In this document: one piece after another, positions 27,809 through 41,414 of the stretch | Layout: each line of letters opens with the position of its first letter | Position numbering within the stretch: the first letter of the stretch is position 1 | From: Paramecium tetraurelia | Lineage: Eukaryota | DNA length: 64,000 nt | Assembly: GCA_000165425.1 (NCBI GenBank) | Contig: CT868679.1 | Span: forward strand, 186,001 to 250,000 | Direction: 5' to 3' | The notes under the pieces: generated by a model | The model's database searches: none | What the model was told of the DNA's origin: nothing | What the model saw: the letters and a program-made list of their open reading frames with translations, nothing else | Translations under genes and position numbers: made by a program

Positions 27809-30545
27809 TCAATAAATTTTTCTTTGAACATGCATATTATTTCTATTTTTTAATACATTTTCTAATTATGCACTCTTTCTCAATTTTTCTTAATCTTTCT
27901 CTTTGTTTTTGTGTTACATGAACATTTACATAATTGTCATTTTATTATTTTAATATTTTGGTTAATCTGGAGATCTAAAAGGATTAATATTCTAACAATT
28001 GCTGAGATTTGAATTTTTTGGAGATTCTGATGACATTGTCTTTTCTATTCTTTAACTATCGCTATTCTTTAATTTAGGTCTATCTGTCAAATTGTTATTT
28101 ATGAAACTATTATCATTATCTTCAAATAGATTGAATAATTTTTGAATCAATGATTTAAAGTCCTTTCCTTCTCTTTCATCTGTTCTTCCTACAAATTATC
28201 CTATCAATTAATGAATCACATTTAAAAATTGATATAATTTATTATTATTCACCATATTTTGAGATTATGACATATTATCATAAATTGATTTTTATAAATT
28301 ATTTTAACTATTGAAAGCATCAAATAGATTTTAAGTTAATTTCTTTTATTCATCTAATTATGCTTATAGAGTTGAAATTTAATATTCATAAAGATCCTTA
28401 TTAAAAGTAGATGTGTTATGTTCATCTTGATTTTTAATTCTTCTACTTGGTTGTAAAGATGAATATTAAGACACGTTTTCTGTTTCTGCTAAACTTTATT
28501 TTAATTTAGTAATAGTCTCTGATTTATCTGATATCTCATCCTTTAATCTTTCAATTTCCCTTCTTAAATTAGCTATTTCTTATTGGTTTAGATTATCTTA
28601 TTGCTTTTATAGAGCTTTAACTTTATCTAATTCATTTTGATATTGTTTTTATTTCAATTCTGAATTCTAAATGAGAACATCCTTCTCATTCAGTTGATCA
28701 TTGTATGACTTTTCAATTTATTTCAGTTTATTCATGTATTCACTTACCTTATTATCAACAGTTGTTTAAGATTATAAAATTTGTTATTATTATCTCAAAT
28801 TCTTATTTTTTTCAGATTCTAATTCAACTCTTAATTGATTCTTATCCTTTTCCATTTAAGTGATCTTTTCATATAAATCATCTTCCTATTTCTTGTATCT
28901 CTATTTCTACTCTTTAATATCCTCTTATATCTAATTTCCATTGTCACATTATTATCTTAAATATAAATTTGGAATTACTTCAATTGCAATGATAATTTTT
29001 TGAATTCATATTAAATCTTATTCATTACATTTTATTGTATCTATTGAATATAATCAATCTATAAATTTTGATTGGCCCCACTATTCCAAATCATGGTTTA
29101 TTTCTAATTTAAATCAACAACCAATTCCCATATGTTCTCTTATTACTATTGTTCATTTAACTTATTTAAAAATTGAGTCTTAATTTCTTCCAATTCTTCT
29201 TCATGTTTCTTATTCAATCTTTATTATGCATCAACATATAATTCTTAAATCTATTACTTAATCATTTTCTTAGCTGTACTGAATTCCTCACTTTCTTTAT
29301 CTAAACAATTGTTCTCCAAATAATACTTAACTTTTCTCACAAACTACACATAAATTAGAATATAATACAATATTATGTGATTTCTCTAATTATTCCTATG
29401 ATATTCCATTCTATTATAATAAATCATCTATGCTGTCTTTATAAATTTTCAAGCCCCCTATGAGTGTTCTATTCAATTCCTATTTGCATATCATTTGCCA
29501 TTGTGTCTCAATAACTGGCATATTACCTTCATTGATAGTATTCACAAAATGTCTATAATACTAATATTAAGAATTACTTGCACATTTCAACAAAACTAAA
29601 GGGAGTAGTTGGTTTTCCTTTGTATTATTTTAGTGAAATCTTATAAGAAAACTTCTTTCTTAAAGCCGTCAATTGTTCTTAAAATTCAGTTCTTAATTCT
29701 GTAAATTTCAACTAAGATAAATGCTATAAATCTTTTTCATCTTAGGTGGGTCTCACAAGAGTCATACAATCTCGCTCTTAAAAAAACTATGTAATATGTC
29801 TTCTTATTTTATTCTTATTTTCTATCGTTTCACTAAATCCTTTTAATGGTTTCAATGCATTTTCTAGATAATCCTTAGGTGTAATTTTGTTTCCAAATTC
29901 ATCTTCTAATCTTAATGTAAAATCTCTTAGTATCCATAAAAATGAAGGGAATGTCTCAAAGAGATCCTTCTGAGTTGATTCATCAGTTTTTTGTAACATT
30001 TTAGTTAAATTAACCTATTGATTATACATAAGTGTTTACAATCAATCCCAAATTTTGTAATGCCATATCATCAATAGTTCCAACACTATTATAGATGAAA
30101 TATGAGCTCATCAACATTGCCAATAGAAATATTTTAACATCATGATTTTATTCCTCTTCCAATGAACCTATACCTTCTGTATCTATTAAAATTGCAGGAA
30201 TAGGTTCTTTTGATCTTCCAGATTCGAAATGTATAATTTCACTCCACATCCATAATCCCTATTGATATTTTATATCAATTTAATACTTTTGTGCAGGCAT
30301 TGACTGTGCTTCCCACATTAAATCCTTGATTCTATTGTAACAGCACTTAGTTAATTAGGTAACTTTTCCCTGTTCTGTATTTGCCTACAACTACTACAAC
30401 TGCAAAATTCTTGCACTTATCGGCGAATGATTAGATAATTTCAATTGCTTCTTATTCCAACTTAAGTTCTGATGATAGTATTGATATTATTACACTTATT
30501 TTCATCTACTGATATTAATTATACTGCTCTTGGTCCTTTATTCAT
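27809..30545 (-). CDS. Guanylate-binding protein (GBP/atlastin-family GTPase) with long coiled-coil tail
   Basis: Motifs VVGKYRTGKSYLIN, GFNVGSTVNACTK-GLWMW, LIDTEGIGS and FLWILRDF, followed by coiled coil. Multiple tiny introns. Confidence 0.92.
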
Positions 30546-30729
30546 AAAATTTAAAATTCAAATATTTATTTGTATTGTTAATATTTAAAATACTAATACA
30601 CTAAGAAATATATTGCAATTTTAAGTCTTTTTAATAAGAGTCAGAAAAATAGAAATCCTTGATTAGTGGATAACTTATTAATGTTTAAACTAAATTAGAT
30701 TGATTCCATTCTTCTATATTTGTTTTAAA

Positions 30730-30976
30730 ATGGATTTGAAGATGTAAGTATGTTAGTTATTGGAGAATATTGATAGGGTAATTGAATTAATGGAGAGATT
30801 GATGAGGACTTAATTGGGAACACTCAAATAAGAAGATCAAGAAAAACAAAAAGTTGATCCAACATATTAATTTGAATAATTATTATTTTATAATGTATCA
30901 TTAATGTAATATAATATATATTTAAAAGCATTAATCATAATAGTATAGTTTTTGGAGTGAATTATGTTAGATTTGA
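30730..30976 (+). CDS. Small hypothetical helical protein (or alternative 5' exon of the PUF gene)
   Basis: MDLKMQVCQLLENIDRVIELMERLMRTQLG... Donor 30895 with acceptor 30928 gives a stop at 30974-30976. Donor 30906 instead reads in frame into the PUF gene. Confidence 0.45.
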
Positions 30977-31031
30977 GCACTCTTTATATGATATTATAAT
31001 TAATCGCTTGATAAACAAAATTTTAATTAAT

Positions 31032-32620
31032 ATGGCTTCTTAAAGTGAAGAGAAGGACTTGATAGGATCCATATTAAGTGGTAATGATGAATTCGTTATT
31101 GTAGATTAAGATGACAAACAAGAAATCATTCCCAAAAAGGCAAGAAAGAATTTATCTTTGAAATCAAAAGAATTCGATCCTCAAATTCATCCAAAACATC
31201 CAGAATTTCAGACTTCCAATGCAAGCATATTATCAACAGGATATTAATCGCATTAGAAATAACGAATATTTTTCCAAACTTAAACATCAATAGAAATGTA
31301 TATATATGTTTATAATCAAATAAATAGTTAGTCTTAACTTTCAAATACTTTACAATAAACAGCAGATTAAGATAATAACACTTGTTCATTTGATCATTTC
31401 TAATGTACAATTAATTTTTAGAATTTAAAGCCTTCGATTCCTTTGGTTAGTTATAACAAAGAAAACAATCAACAAAGAAACACCATACTATGCAACCTAC
31501 TGAATATCAAAATCCTACATTAATCTTTACCAGTGATTAATGCATTGATGGCAAATTATCTTTGAGTCAAACAGATCTTGTAAATAGATAATTTTTAATA
31601 TAAAGGAATAAATATGCGGGAATTAATTGATCAATAGGAAACTGTAAAACATATTGGATAGTAATGACATCAATAAAAAAAGACTGATTTTTAATCAAGT
31701 AGAAAAGATATGCTTAAAGGCTTCAAAAGATATGTTTGGAAATTATACAGTTCAAAAGGTCTTTGAAGTTGGAAGTCAAGATTAAAAACAAAGAATGCAC
31801 AATCTGTTGATTAATCACATCTTCGATTTATCAAAAAACTAATATGCCTGTCGAGTAGTTCAGAAGATGATGGAGTTTATAAAGTAACCTAATTACTAAT
31901 TAAAAGAGACTATCCAGAGTAACTAGAGATATTTCTACAAAATTTTTATCCATATATTATTCCATTATTAAATGATCCTAATGGTAATTATGTTATCCTA
32001 TCATGTTTTGAGTTATTCAACAAAAATTAACTCATCTTTATTATTCCAATGATAGAAGATTCGGTAAGCATTTAATAATTAATTATAGTTGTAATTCATG
32101 TCAAAATAAACTTATGGTTGTAGAGTCATTTAGAAAGTATTAGAGATATATCCAATTGAGCATACTTAAAAGATGATGGATATCTTAATGACTCTTGCAT
32201 GTCAATTATGCTATTAGGAATTTGGAAATTATATCATACAGTATATATTAAAGAGTGGACCTCCCAAAGAAAAATAAATCATCTGTTAGATCATTAAGGA
32301 TAATTTTGAACAATTAAGTATTAATAAATTTGGAAGCAATTCTGTGGAAAAGTATATAGATGTTATGGGGCCTAATCAAATTATTAACATCTTATGTTCA
32401 ATCTCAAATGATTAGTAATAAGTCTATTTAGTTTAGGTTTGTCTTTTACAATTTGTCTGTCAATCCTTTTGGCAATTACGTAATGAAAAAAGTGCTAATT
32501 AGTGGAGATCCATCTGTACAGTATTTAAAGAGTCTCTTGAAATAATATCCAGAACTTGTTCAAGGAATTAAAAACTCTGATTTCGGATAAAGAGTTGGAT
32601 TAATTATGGATGCATTATGA
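31032..32620 (+). CDS. Pumilio/PUF-family RNA-binding protein with 8 repeats
   Basis: Repeat cores NQLINRKLQ, DMFGNYTVQ, NQYACRVVQ, DPNGNYVIL, QTYGCRVIQ, QEFGNYIIQ, NKFGSNSVE and NPFGNYVMK. Tiny introns. TGA at 32618-32620. Confidence 0.92.
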
Positions 32621-33502
32621 GGGTCATTAACTTGTAATAGTATCTTGCTTATGAGTATTATTCTATAAAATTGTAATAAGATTAGTATCCTTCTATTATT
32701 CAACTTGTTTATAAATAAACTTATAAAATTAATTTTGATTATTCTTTCTCTTAATTACAAGACAAATTACTCTCCCCTACTAACGTTTATACTTTCATTC
32801 TTGAAATTATTTAATTCATCAAAAAAAAAATTTAAGACTCCTTGAAAGTAATGTTGATCTTAATATTATGGTTATTATAAAGCTGGATATTTCTTCCAAC
32901 TATCCATATTCCATTCCTTCTCTTATATCATTAATTAATTTTAATTTGGTTCGACATTATAACCAATATATCATGTCAGAATTCATCCGAGACATATATA
33001 AATGTTTAAACTCTTCTAACGACACTAACCTAACACGAGCAAACACTTTAGCACCTCTCAAAGATGGATATTTAAATCAATCTAAAATCAAATTAAAATC
33101 AAACATTTAATAAAAGGTAAACTTGAAAAATATTAGTATTTTGGTTTAAAAATAAATTTATAAAATTAATCAAGATTCATATAACTAATATTTTATTCAG
33201 ATATTTGGAGAAATCTGAAAGAAGTTAACAAACACAATTCAGAGTAAAAAGTATGAAATTTATTACATATTAATTTATTTTTATAATTAAATTAGAAATA
33301 TATTCTACTGCTTAACCTTTTTTTTTAATATCATAGTTGATTAGAGTTATCAATTATTTATTCAACTGTTCTATAATCTAGGAGAAGGACTAATTCTCAA
33401 AAATGAAAGGGTTTCTATGAGAGAAATAAAGAATTAATTGATCTTTATTGAAGAAAATTTCTAATTCCATTTACAAGTTAAAATATATAAAGTAAAATAA
33501 AA

Positions 33503-35837
33503 ATGTTTCAAAACAAGGATATTGCCATTGATTTTTAATAGGATTTCTTTTTGACAGAATAAGTGAAAGAATTTGAAGCTCAAATTTCAGGAAGACTTCT
33601 AACTAAAGATGTTCTATTAAAATTTACTAACAAAGAAATAGTTTATATAGTTGATGGAAGCATTATTAGAATGTAAGATCTTAATTTATATATCAAGTGA
33701 TTAAATCTTAGATGTAAAAGAAATGCCACAGATAATGAAAAATTTAGAATAAATCAAATATCTTAAATGGATGGGAGATTTAGGCTAAAATTTGTCAAAA
33801 ATTGGAAAATGGTATATTATATGGAGAGGCTGCAATATAGATATGGGAGGATGCTATTGTGCTGATGGAAAGAAGTAGGGAATATGGAAGGAAATTCTTA
33901 TCAATTATAACAAGTTATATTAAAGATATCAATAGCTAAGTATAAGTTTATGAGTTTGGTCTCTTCAATGGTGGTTTGAGATAGGGTGTTTGGAAAATAA
34001 TTAACTAAGATTAAGTGATGTATCCATATTTATATTTCATAGTGGAGGAGGATCATATGATTTACAGGGGAATAAGAATGGTTAATGGTTGGAACTTCAT
34101 TAATAATGGGAAAAGTACTTAAATAATCTATAATTAGGGATTCAAGAGAGATTATATTATAAGGTGAATATAAAAATGGCCAAAAAATTGGAAGGTGGGA
34201 TACAGTTGATATTGGATTAAATCAAAATAAAGTTATGTATGATTTTAGCATAAAATAAATAAGTGGTGGTGGAACATATAATGAGAGTGGACTGAAGAGT
34301 GGAAAATGGTTAGAAATACATGATTTATGGGATCAGTTAAATTTTATGATATTTAATAGCTATAGCTCAGTTACATTCCATGGTGAATATAAAAATGGTG
34401 AAAAATATAGTAGCTGGACGACTGTGGATAGGGAAAATTAAAAAATGTGATTTGATTGTTCTATTATTTTTTAGTGGTGGAGGATCATATTAAGAAAATG
34501 GAATCAAGAATGGGGAATGGATTGAAATTTGTGCTGAATGGAGGTAATTATGAAAATAAGTAATAAGATCTGTTTGCTAAATTAATTTTAAAGGCTTATA
34601 TAAAAATGGTAAAAAAATTGGATTTTGGGATACTCTTTAATATGGAAATACAAAAATGTATGTTTACTTTTTATAGAATATTAGCGGAGGTGGAAAATAT
34701 GATGATAATGGCTTAAAGCAAGGTAAATGGATAGAATTGCATGATGAATGGCAGCAGTACAGAACTAATAATAATCTAATTAGTTGGGATAGAGAAGTCA
34801 CTTTTGAGGGAGAATATTTTTAAGGGAAAAAAATTGGAAAATGGAATACTATACTGAATGGAAAATAAAATATGTTAATTTATTATTTCTTATAAGAAAA
34901 CTTTAGTGGAGGGGGATAATACGATTAGGATGGATTGAAAGGTGGTTAATGGGTGGATTTATGTGATGGTTGGGAAGGGTAAACCTTAAAAATACATTTT
35001 ATAGTAATGGTGTAAATACGATGTAATTTACTTATAATGGAGAATATTTAAAAGGGAAGAAGGTTGGCAGGTGGGATATAATTGACAAAAACTAAAAATT
35101 AATGTAATTAATTTTAATATTATATGTAAAAATATCTTAGTGGAAGTGGATCATATGATGAAAATGGAATGAAGGATAGTAAATGGATAGAATAACATGA
35201 ATAATGGAAATAGTAATTTTTAATTATTTTTGAGTAGCAATTTAAGAGAAATTACATATCATGGTGAATATAAAAACGGTAAAAAAATTGGTTATTGGAA
35301 TACTTTTCAAAAAGGAGAAAAAGTTGTGTAAATTAATATGATCTATGTTTATAATCAGAGGTGGAGGATTATATGATTTAAATGGAATTTAAGATGGGAA
35401 ATGGGTTGAATTGGACGATTCTTATGATCAAGAGTTAAATTATTGCTATTAACTTTAGGGAATCCGCTATCACATACAATGGTGAATATCAGAATGGTAG
35501 AAAATGTGGCAAATGGGAATCTGTTTATGATTAAAACACAGTCATGTAATATATTTGTGAGAGTCGTATAAAATTATAGTGGTGGGGGAGTCTATGATGA
35601 AGTTGGATTGAAAAATGGATATTGGATAGAGTTAAATTCTGAATGGAGAACGTAAATTATAATATAATTGGTAGTGATTCAAAGGAAATAATTATAAAAG
35701 GAGAATATAATAAGGGTAAAAAATGTGGATAATGGGAAACATTCCAGTTGATTTATGGGGCAACTTAAAAAATGTAAATTTATTAATAATTATTAAGTGA
35801 AACTAAAGAATATGATGATTAAGGTTTGAGAATTTGA
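33503..35837 (+). CDS. Ciliate-expanded repeat protein (MORN-variant-like GGG-Y-x-x-x-G-x-K-x-G-x-W-x-E / G-E-Y-x-x-G-x-K-x-G-x-W repeats), about 19 introns
   Basis: ATG at 33503, NLEQIKYLKWMG...KIGKW, then about 9 units of about 220 bp, each interrupted by two tiny introns at equivalent positions. TGA at 35835-35837. Confidence 0.8.
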
Positions 35838-36149
35838 AAGATTATTTAAATTATTGAAAACTTAATTAATGACATATGGTCTTAAATATATATATTCTCT
35901 GTTTTTGATTTTATGTTTAATCATCATTAATCTTAAAAAATTACTTTTCAATAGTTTCAATTTCAAAGTTCAAAACAATTTTCAGTTATCTAGTCTTTAT
36001 CGTTCTTCAAGGAATGGATATTTGGATTATACAAATACTCCCAAAAAAATATACAATGTATTTAAGTTGTTTTAAAAGAAATAAATATTATAAATAATAA
36101 AATGGCTTTTATTTTTATTTTATTATTATATCAAAATTCTATCAATATC

Positions 36150-37244
36150 ATGTATAACTATTAAAGTTTTCGCAAAGGAGGTTTAGTCACCTTTAAATAA
36201 AAACAGTATCAAGTTTTAGAGGTATTTCCTTAAGGAATATAAGGAACTGTAATTAAAATATAAGAGGAGAACAAGGAAGATTAATTTGCTTTAAAAATTA
36301 TAAATGAAATTACAGAAAAGGAATTGTAGATAACACAATAGCTTTAAAAAAATCATCATTAAAACATAGTCAAAATTATAGACTTTCAAAAACAATAAAA
36401 TAAGGTTTACATCTTAATGGAATGTTGTGAACACAATTTATATTAAGAATTAAAAAAAAATCCATTGGATCAAAAAGAATTGCGATATTTCATGATTAGT
36501 ATTGCTAGAGGTTTAAAATATTTACATTCTCATTCAATAATACATAGAGATCTAAAACCTGAGAATATACTTATTACCACCTTGACAGAAAAAAATAACA
36601 AATAATTATAATAAAGAGTATATAAAATAGCAGATTTTGGATTATCTTTGTAGTAGTAGCGTGCTTAGACTAAATATGTTGGAACATGCTATTATATGGC
36701 TCCAGAACTAATAATTAATCTTGATTAGCCTTACGATCATAAAGTAGATATATGGTCTTTCGGAACTATTGTGTATGAAATACTAACTGGAAAAACACTA
36801 TTTTAAGGTCGGTCAACGTAAGAAATCTATAATCAGATAAAAAGCTAATGTAATATTGAGAATTAAAAGGAATTAAATCAAAAACTGTAGATCATCAAAG
36901 ATAAGAATTACTTGGATTTAGTAACCAACATGCTCAAATATGATCCCAATGAGAGATTTAATATAGATCAAGTGATCAGTGAACTGTAGAATAAAGATTA
37001 AAATATAATAAAAAATAGAAGTGTAAGTTGCAATGTTACAGTACCTAAGGATCAATAATAAGTTTAGTTTACGCTTAATAACCAAATTATTTGGAGGCCT
37101 GCACAAAAGTTAAATTTTCCCATAACCCTACCACAAACAATTAACAAACCTAACAATATATAAATTGGACCTATCTATTTATAACCCAATAATAATGGTA
37201 AACAACCCAATTATTATGTAAAATGTTTTAAATAAAATAAATGA
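36150..37244 (+). CDS. Intronless Ser/Thr protein kinase with atypical Gly loop
   Basis: Motifs [38 protein letters not shown] and DIWSFG. Open frame to TGA at 37242-37244. Confidence 0.9.
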
Positions 37245-37448
37245 TTTCAAGTTATTTTGCATTTGATAACTTTATTTATTCTTAAGAAGGTTTATAGTTT
37301 TCTATACTCGATAATATTATTATTTGATTAACAGAATCTGAGATGGCTGCAATCTTCAAGAGCCTAAGAATCATTTTACAATTTTTGTATATAATAAATA
37401 TGATTGATATAAAATTCAGAAATTTTTTAATCGTTAAATAATTTAAAA

Positions 37449-38228
37449 ATGGACTCTCTTTTTGCTCTATTTGATTAGTTCATTAGAATCAATTTGATAA
37501 ATTATCCTTAAAATTAATAAGCCTACATATCAGAAAGCTGGGAATAATTCTTGAGTTTATTATAAACTTAACCTCTGGATTATGGGAAGATTTACACATT
37601 AATAAATAGAATGACTTATGAAGATTTAACATCAGCAAAAAATGAAAGACAAAGTTCTACTTAAAGATAAGTAGCTAGGAATATTACCGCAGCTTCTTCG
37701 CCAAGAATAGTTTCAACATCTGTCTCAAAGAATAGTAATGAAATTGTTAAATTAAATTACAGGCACCAACATTTTGTAAAAGATTTCACAAATGGACAAT
37801 GTAGCAAGCCCTAAAATTGCGGTTTCCAATCTCGCGAGTTAGCAATCGTTAATGAATAAAACATCATAGCAATAAAACGTAAAATAACAAGTATTTATTA
37901 TGATAATATAGTAAATGACAGAAGAATTTAACAGACATCTGTTATTGAGTAAAATTAAAGAATTATAGTTCAATTATTCTGTTTCTACGGACAAACTATA
38001 TGCTATTGCAAAAATATTTCAATCAAAAGAGTGTTAGCCAACATCGAAATCACCAATTAAATATCCATTAACACAATATACTAACAAATCTAGAGGAAGT
38101 AATCATAGTGCGGAACATTATAAAATTGTTGCTTGATGTTTCTTTTTTAATAAAATTATTCAATAGACTAACCTATTAATATTATACATTATAAAAAATA
38201 AACTTAGGTTATCAAAATTTAAAATTGA
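37449..38228 (+). CDS. Hypothetical protein (about 259 aa)
   Basis: 260-codon TGA-free frame MDSLFALFDQFIRINLINYPQNQQAYISESWEQFLSLL... No recognisable domain. Confidence 0.6.
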
Positions 38229-38276
38229 AGCAAACTAATCTCTATTTTTATTTTTTATCGAATTTGATAAATAAGA

Positions 38277-39541
38277 TCATTTTTATTTATTTTAAAAAAA
38301 TGTGGCTGCTTGATTATCTGGTTGCTTAGAATCAACATTTTTAGGAATCATGTTAAAATTATTCTAACGATAAGGAGAACGAGGGTTATTGATTATATTA
38401 GATTATTAGTTAGGAGTCCAATTTTATTAAATTTATTTAATATTTCTTGGACTCTANNNNNNNNNNNNNNNNNNNNNNNNNNNNNNNNNNNNNNNNNNNN
38501 NNNNNNNNNNNNNNNNNNNNNNNNNNNNNNNNNNNNNNNNNNNNNNNNNNNNNNNNNNNNNNNNNNNNNNNNNNNNNNNNNNNNNNNNNNNNNNNNNNNN
38601 NNNNNNTATTATTTTTATTAAATTTCATATGTTTTGGGAGTTTGAAATAATTTGTGGGGAGCATCGATTTTCGGCTAAAATAAAGGCAGAATTTTTGGAG
38701 GAGAACTATATCGATTTCTCAATTATCTTACAACTTCATCTATATTGATTCTGTTCTCAGGATTATATTGCAACATTTTTTTAATTAGAGATTGGTATTC
38801 ATCTTCTTTAATTATTGATATCTTTTAAAGAAAAACATCGTAGAATTCTTTTTTGTTGAAATTAGCAACTTATTCTAGGACTTAATCTTAGGTATATCCT
38901 TCAAACAATGGCCTGTTTGTCACTAGCTCGTATGAAATTGCTCCTAAAGACCATATGTCAACCAAGTTAGTATAGGGTTGATTTTTAATCACCTCAGGAG
39001 CCATGTAGTAACAAGTACCAACTTAACTTGTTTGGTTAATATCCTTCTTTGAGGATAAACCAAAATCTCCAATTTTATATATATTTTATGTGTATTCTGG
39101 ATTCTTAGAATCCTTAATTACTTTAATCATAATGTTCTCTGGTTTCAAATCTCTATGAGTAATTGTATTATTATGTAATGCTTTTAGTCCATCTGCTATG
39201 CTCACTAATACATATCTAAGATCTTTTTGATCGAATACTTTTTATTGTATTCTTTCAAATAAGTTTTCATTACAACATTCCATTAGAATACAAAAACATT
39301 AATCATTAATTTTTTCATAACCTATGACGTTAACTATGTTTCTGTGAGAAAACTAAGAAAGATTTCCCAAAATCTCCTACTCATATGGATCTAAATAATT
39401 TTATATTTTTAGTGCAAATATTTCTTTGGTCCTTTCCTCTTCAACTTTCCATACAGTTCCAAAATTTCCTTATCCTAAAACACTAAGAATTTTTAGTTAT
39501 CTGTTCAAAATAGTTACGACATTATCTTTTTAAGGCATCAT
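38277..39541 (-). CDS. Ser/Thr protein kinase, paralog of 36150-37244; C-terminal tail spans an assembly gap
   Basis: Motifs [38 protein letters not shown] and DIWSLG. The stop is inferred beyond the N gap. Confidence 0.88.
38457..38606. other. Assembly gap (150 N)
   Basis: Run of N. Confidence 0.99.
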
Positions 39542-39593
39542 TTTTTTCGATAGAATTTGATAAATTAAATAAATATATTGGCATTTAATAATA

Positions 39594-40547
39594 ATGATCC
39601 ATTAACAAAATAATATTAATTCAAAAATATACTGCGAATATTTTCGAGAATATTTAGAAATATAAGACTATTTCTTTTAGAATCCTATATATTCTGAGTC
39701 CTATTATGATTGTTTGAATTAAATGTTTGCAATTATTACCAAGAAAGCTGGATAAGCACTGAAAATTAATAATTCAGATTACACACATAAAATAAACAAA
39801 GTGTATGCCTGTATTAAAAGTTCAAAATTTACTTCTTCTAAGTTGCTTAGAGAGGTTAGAATTACTAAACATGGGTTGATCTAATAAAAATTCAAGTCCT
39901 AAAATATTTATTCTGAAAAGTAGTTAGAGTATGTTGAGTTAATACCTGAAATTGTAAAGACTTCAGAAATAAAAGGAAAAGAATACAAAATGGCTTTTGA
40001 GAATTAGAAATAAAAATCTAAATGGGTATATTTTGAGAATTACATTGATGCTAGAAAGGTGAGAGATTTCTGTTATGCTAACGCTGCAATGAATAACTTA
40101 AGATACAATTTGGCAGGATTTGTTCACCTTCTAATTAAGCACTTTAATGAAACTTGCATTTATTTTGTCTTATAAAAGATATCAAAAACCAGATAAGAGA
40201 TGGAAAGACTGTCAATAATTGAATTGAATTAATCTTAAACTCTGTCATTATTTTCTCCAGGACTCCTGGCAAAACAGGACTATGAAATGAAATAATCACT
40301 ATCATTTTAAGAAAATAGTGTTAAGACATAAGGTTAAGATAATCAAATAAACATGTTCCTCCAAAGAGTTGTAAACGAGTATTTAGAGGCAGCAGTATAA
40401 AAGCATATAGAATAAGTTTAAGATGCAAATTTAGAAAACGAAAATGAAATTTAGTCAGTTTCATACATTTCTGTTTTCTAATTATCAGATCATCATAAGT
40501 CCAAATATTTAGAATTAAATTCCAGCAACTAGATGTATATCTCATGA
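39594..40547 (+). CDS. Hypothetical protein (317 aa), divergent from the kinase across a 52-bp spacer
   Basis: 318-codon TGA-free frame MIHQQNNINSKIYCEYFREYLEIQDYFF...MYIS*. Confidence 0.7.
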
Positions 40548-40629
40548 AATGATGTTGACAGTTAGTAAATTTTATTGATCAAATTTAATACTTAATCAAT
40601 CAATAATTAAATTTATAAATCAATTACAT

Positions 40630-41188
40630 ATGTAATTTATTTCTTAAGATGGGCGAACTTTTAAGGTATATATTTTTCAGAATTAGATTGACGATAAAGC
40701 ACTAAAACACTGTACTAAGGTCAGTAACACTAATTTAGAAGTTGTTAACTTAACTGGTATCAAAAGTAACATCTTGAGGAAGGTCATATAATATTGCTAG
40801 ATACATTAAAACGATGCATATATCCCAAAAATATCAAGACCTTTGAAATCAAATCTGATGTACCTGATATTTTTAAACCTAGATTTGAGGTTGTGGATTT
40901 TCAAGATGCTGAATTTATTACATAACTAGACTTTGAAGAAATATTTTAAATTATTCAAGCAGCAGAAGTTCTTGGCATAGACCGCCTTAGTTGAATCTAT
41001 TCCTGTGCATTTATTGCATTATAAATCAGAGGTAGAGCCATCCTTTTTTAATTATAGGAAAAAGTTAGGAATAAGTAAAAGTTACTAGCTCCAATACTTA
41101 AAAAAAACTAAAACCGGATGAGGAAGTTTAAAGACAAAGGGATATTGATACTTCTGCAAAAAGAGATCCAACTTAAACCATTAATTGA
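40630..41188 (+). CDS. Skp1-family protein (consensus has an in-frame TGA, probably from base-call errors)
   Basis: MQFISQDGRTFK-IDDKA, IKSNILRKVIQYCQIH, RPLKSN, FQIIQAAEVLGIDRL..CAFIALQIRGKS. Three tiny introns. Confidence 0.8.
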
Positions 41189-41414
41189 TACATTTTGTTA
41201 TAAAAACTTATATTTTCATATTAAATAATACAATAACTATAATTAAACGAAACTTATAATAATTTTCAATATTTTTTTCAATTTTCCTCTATCTTTAACC
41301 ATATATAATTTTATATACCTCTTTTTAAAATAATTATATTATTATATATCTTTAATTTTTCATATTTTAATTTTTTAATTTATCTTATTATATAATTCAA
41401 TCTATATCTATATA

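Noticed and set aside
32973..33300. ORF MSEFIRDIYKCLNSS... as a gene
   Set aside because: The start is coding-like but degenerates into AT-rich sequence with no credible model. It is at most a gene fragment.
38310..38664. ORFs containing X runs
   Set aside because: Artefacts of translating through the N gap.
40985..41006. In-frame TGA (40992-40994) in Skp1 as selenocysteine or readthrough
   Set aside because: The segment is also one codon too long relative to the Skp1 L-x4-C spacing. Removing three single bases gives CTT GTT GAA CTA TCC TGT (LVELSC). It lies near a low-quality contig end, so base-call insertions are more parsimonious.
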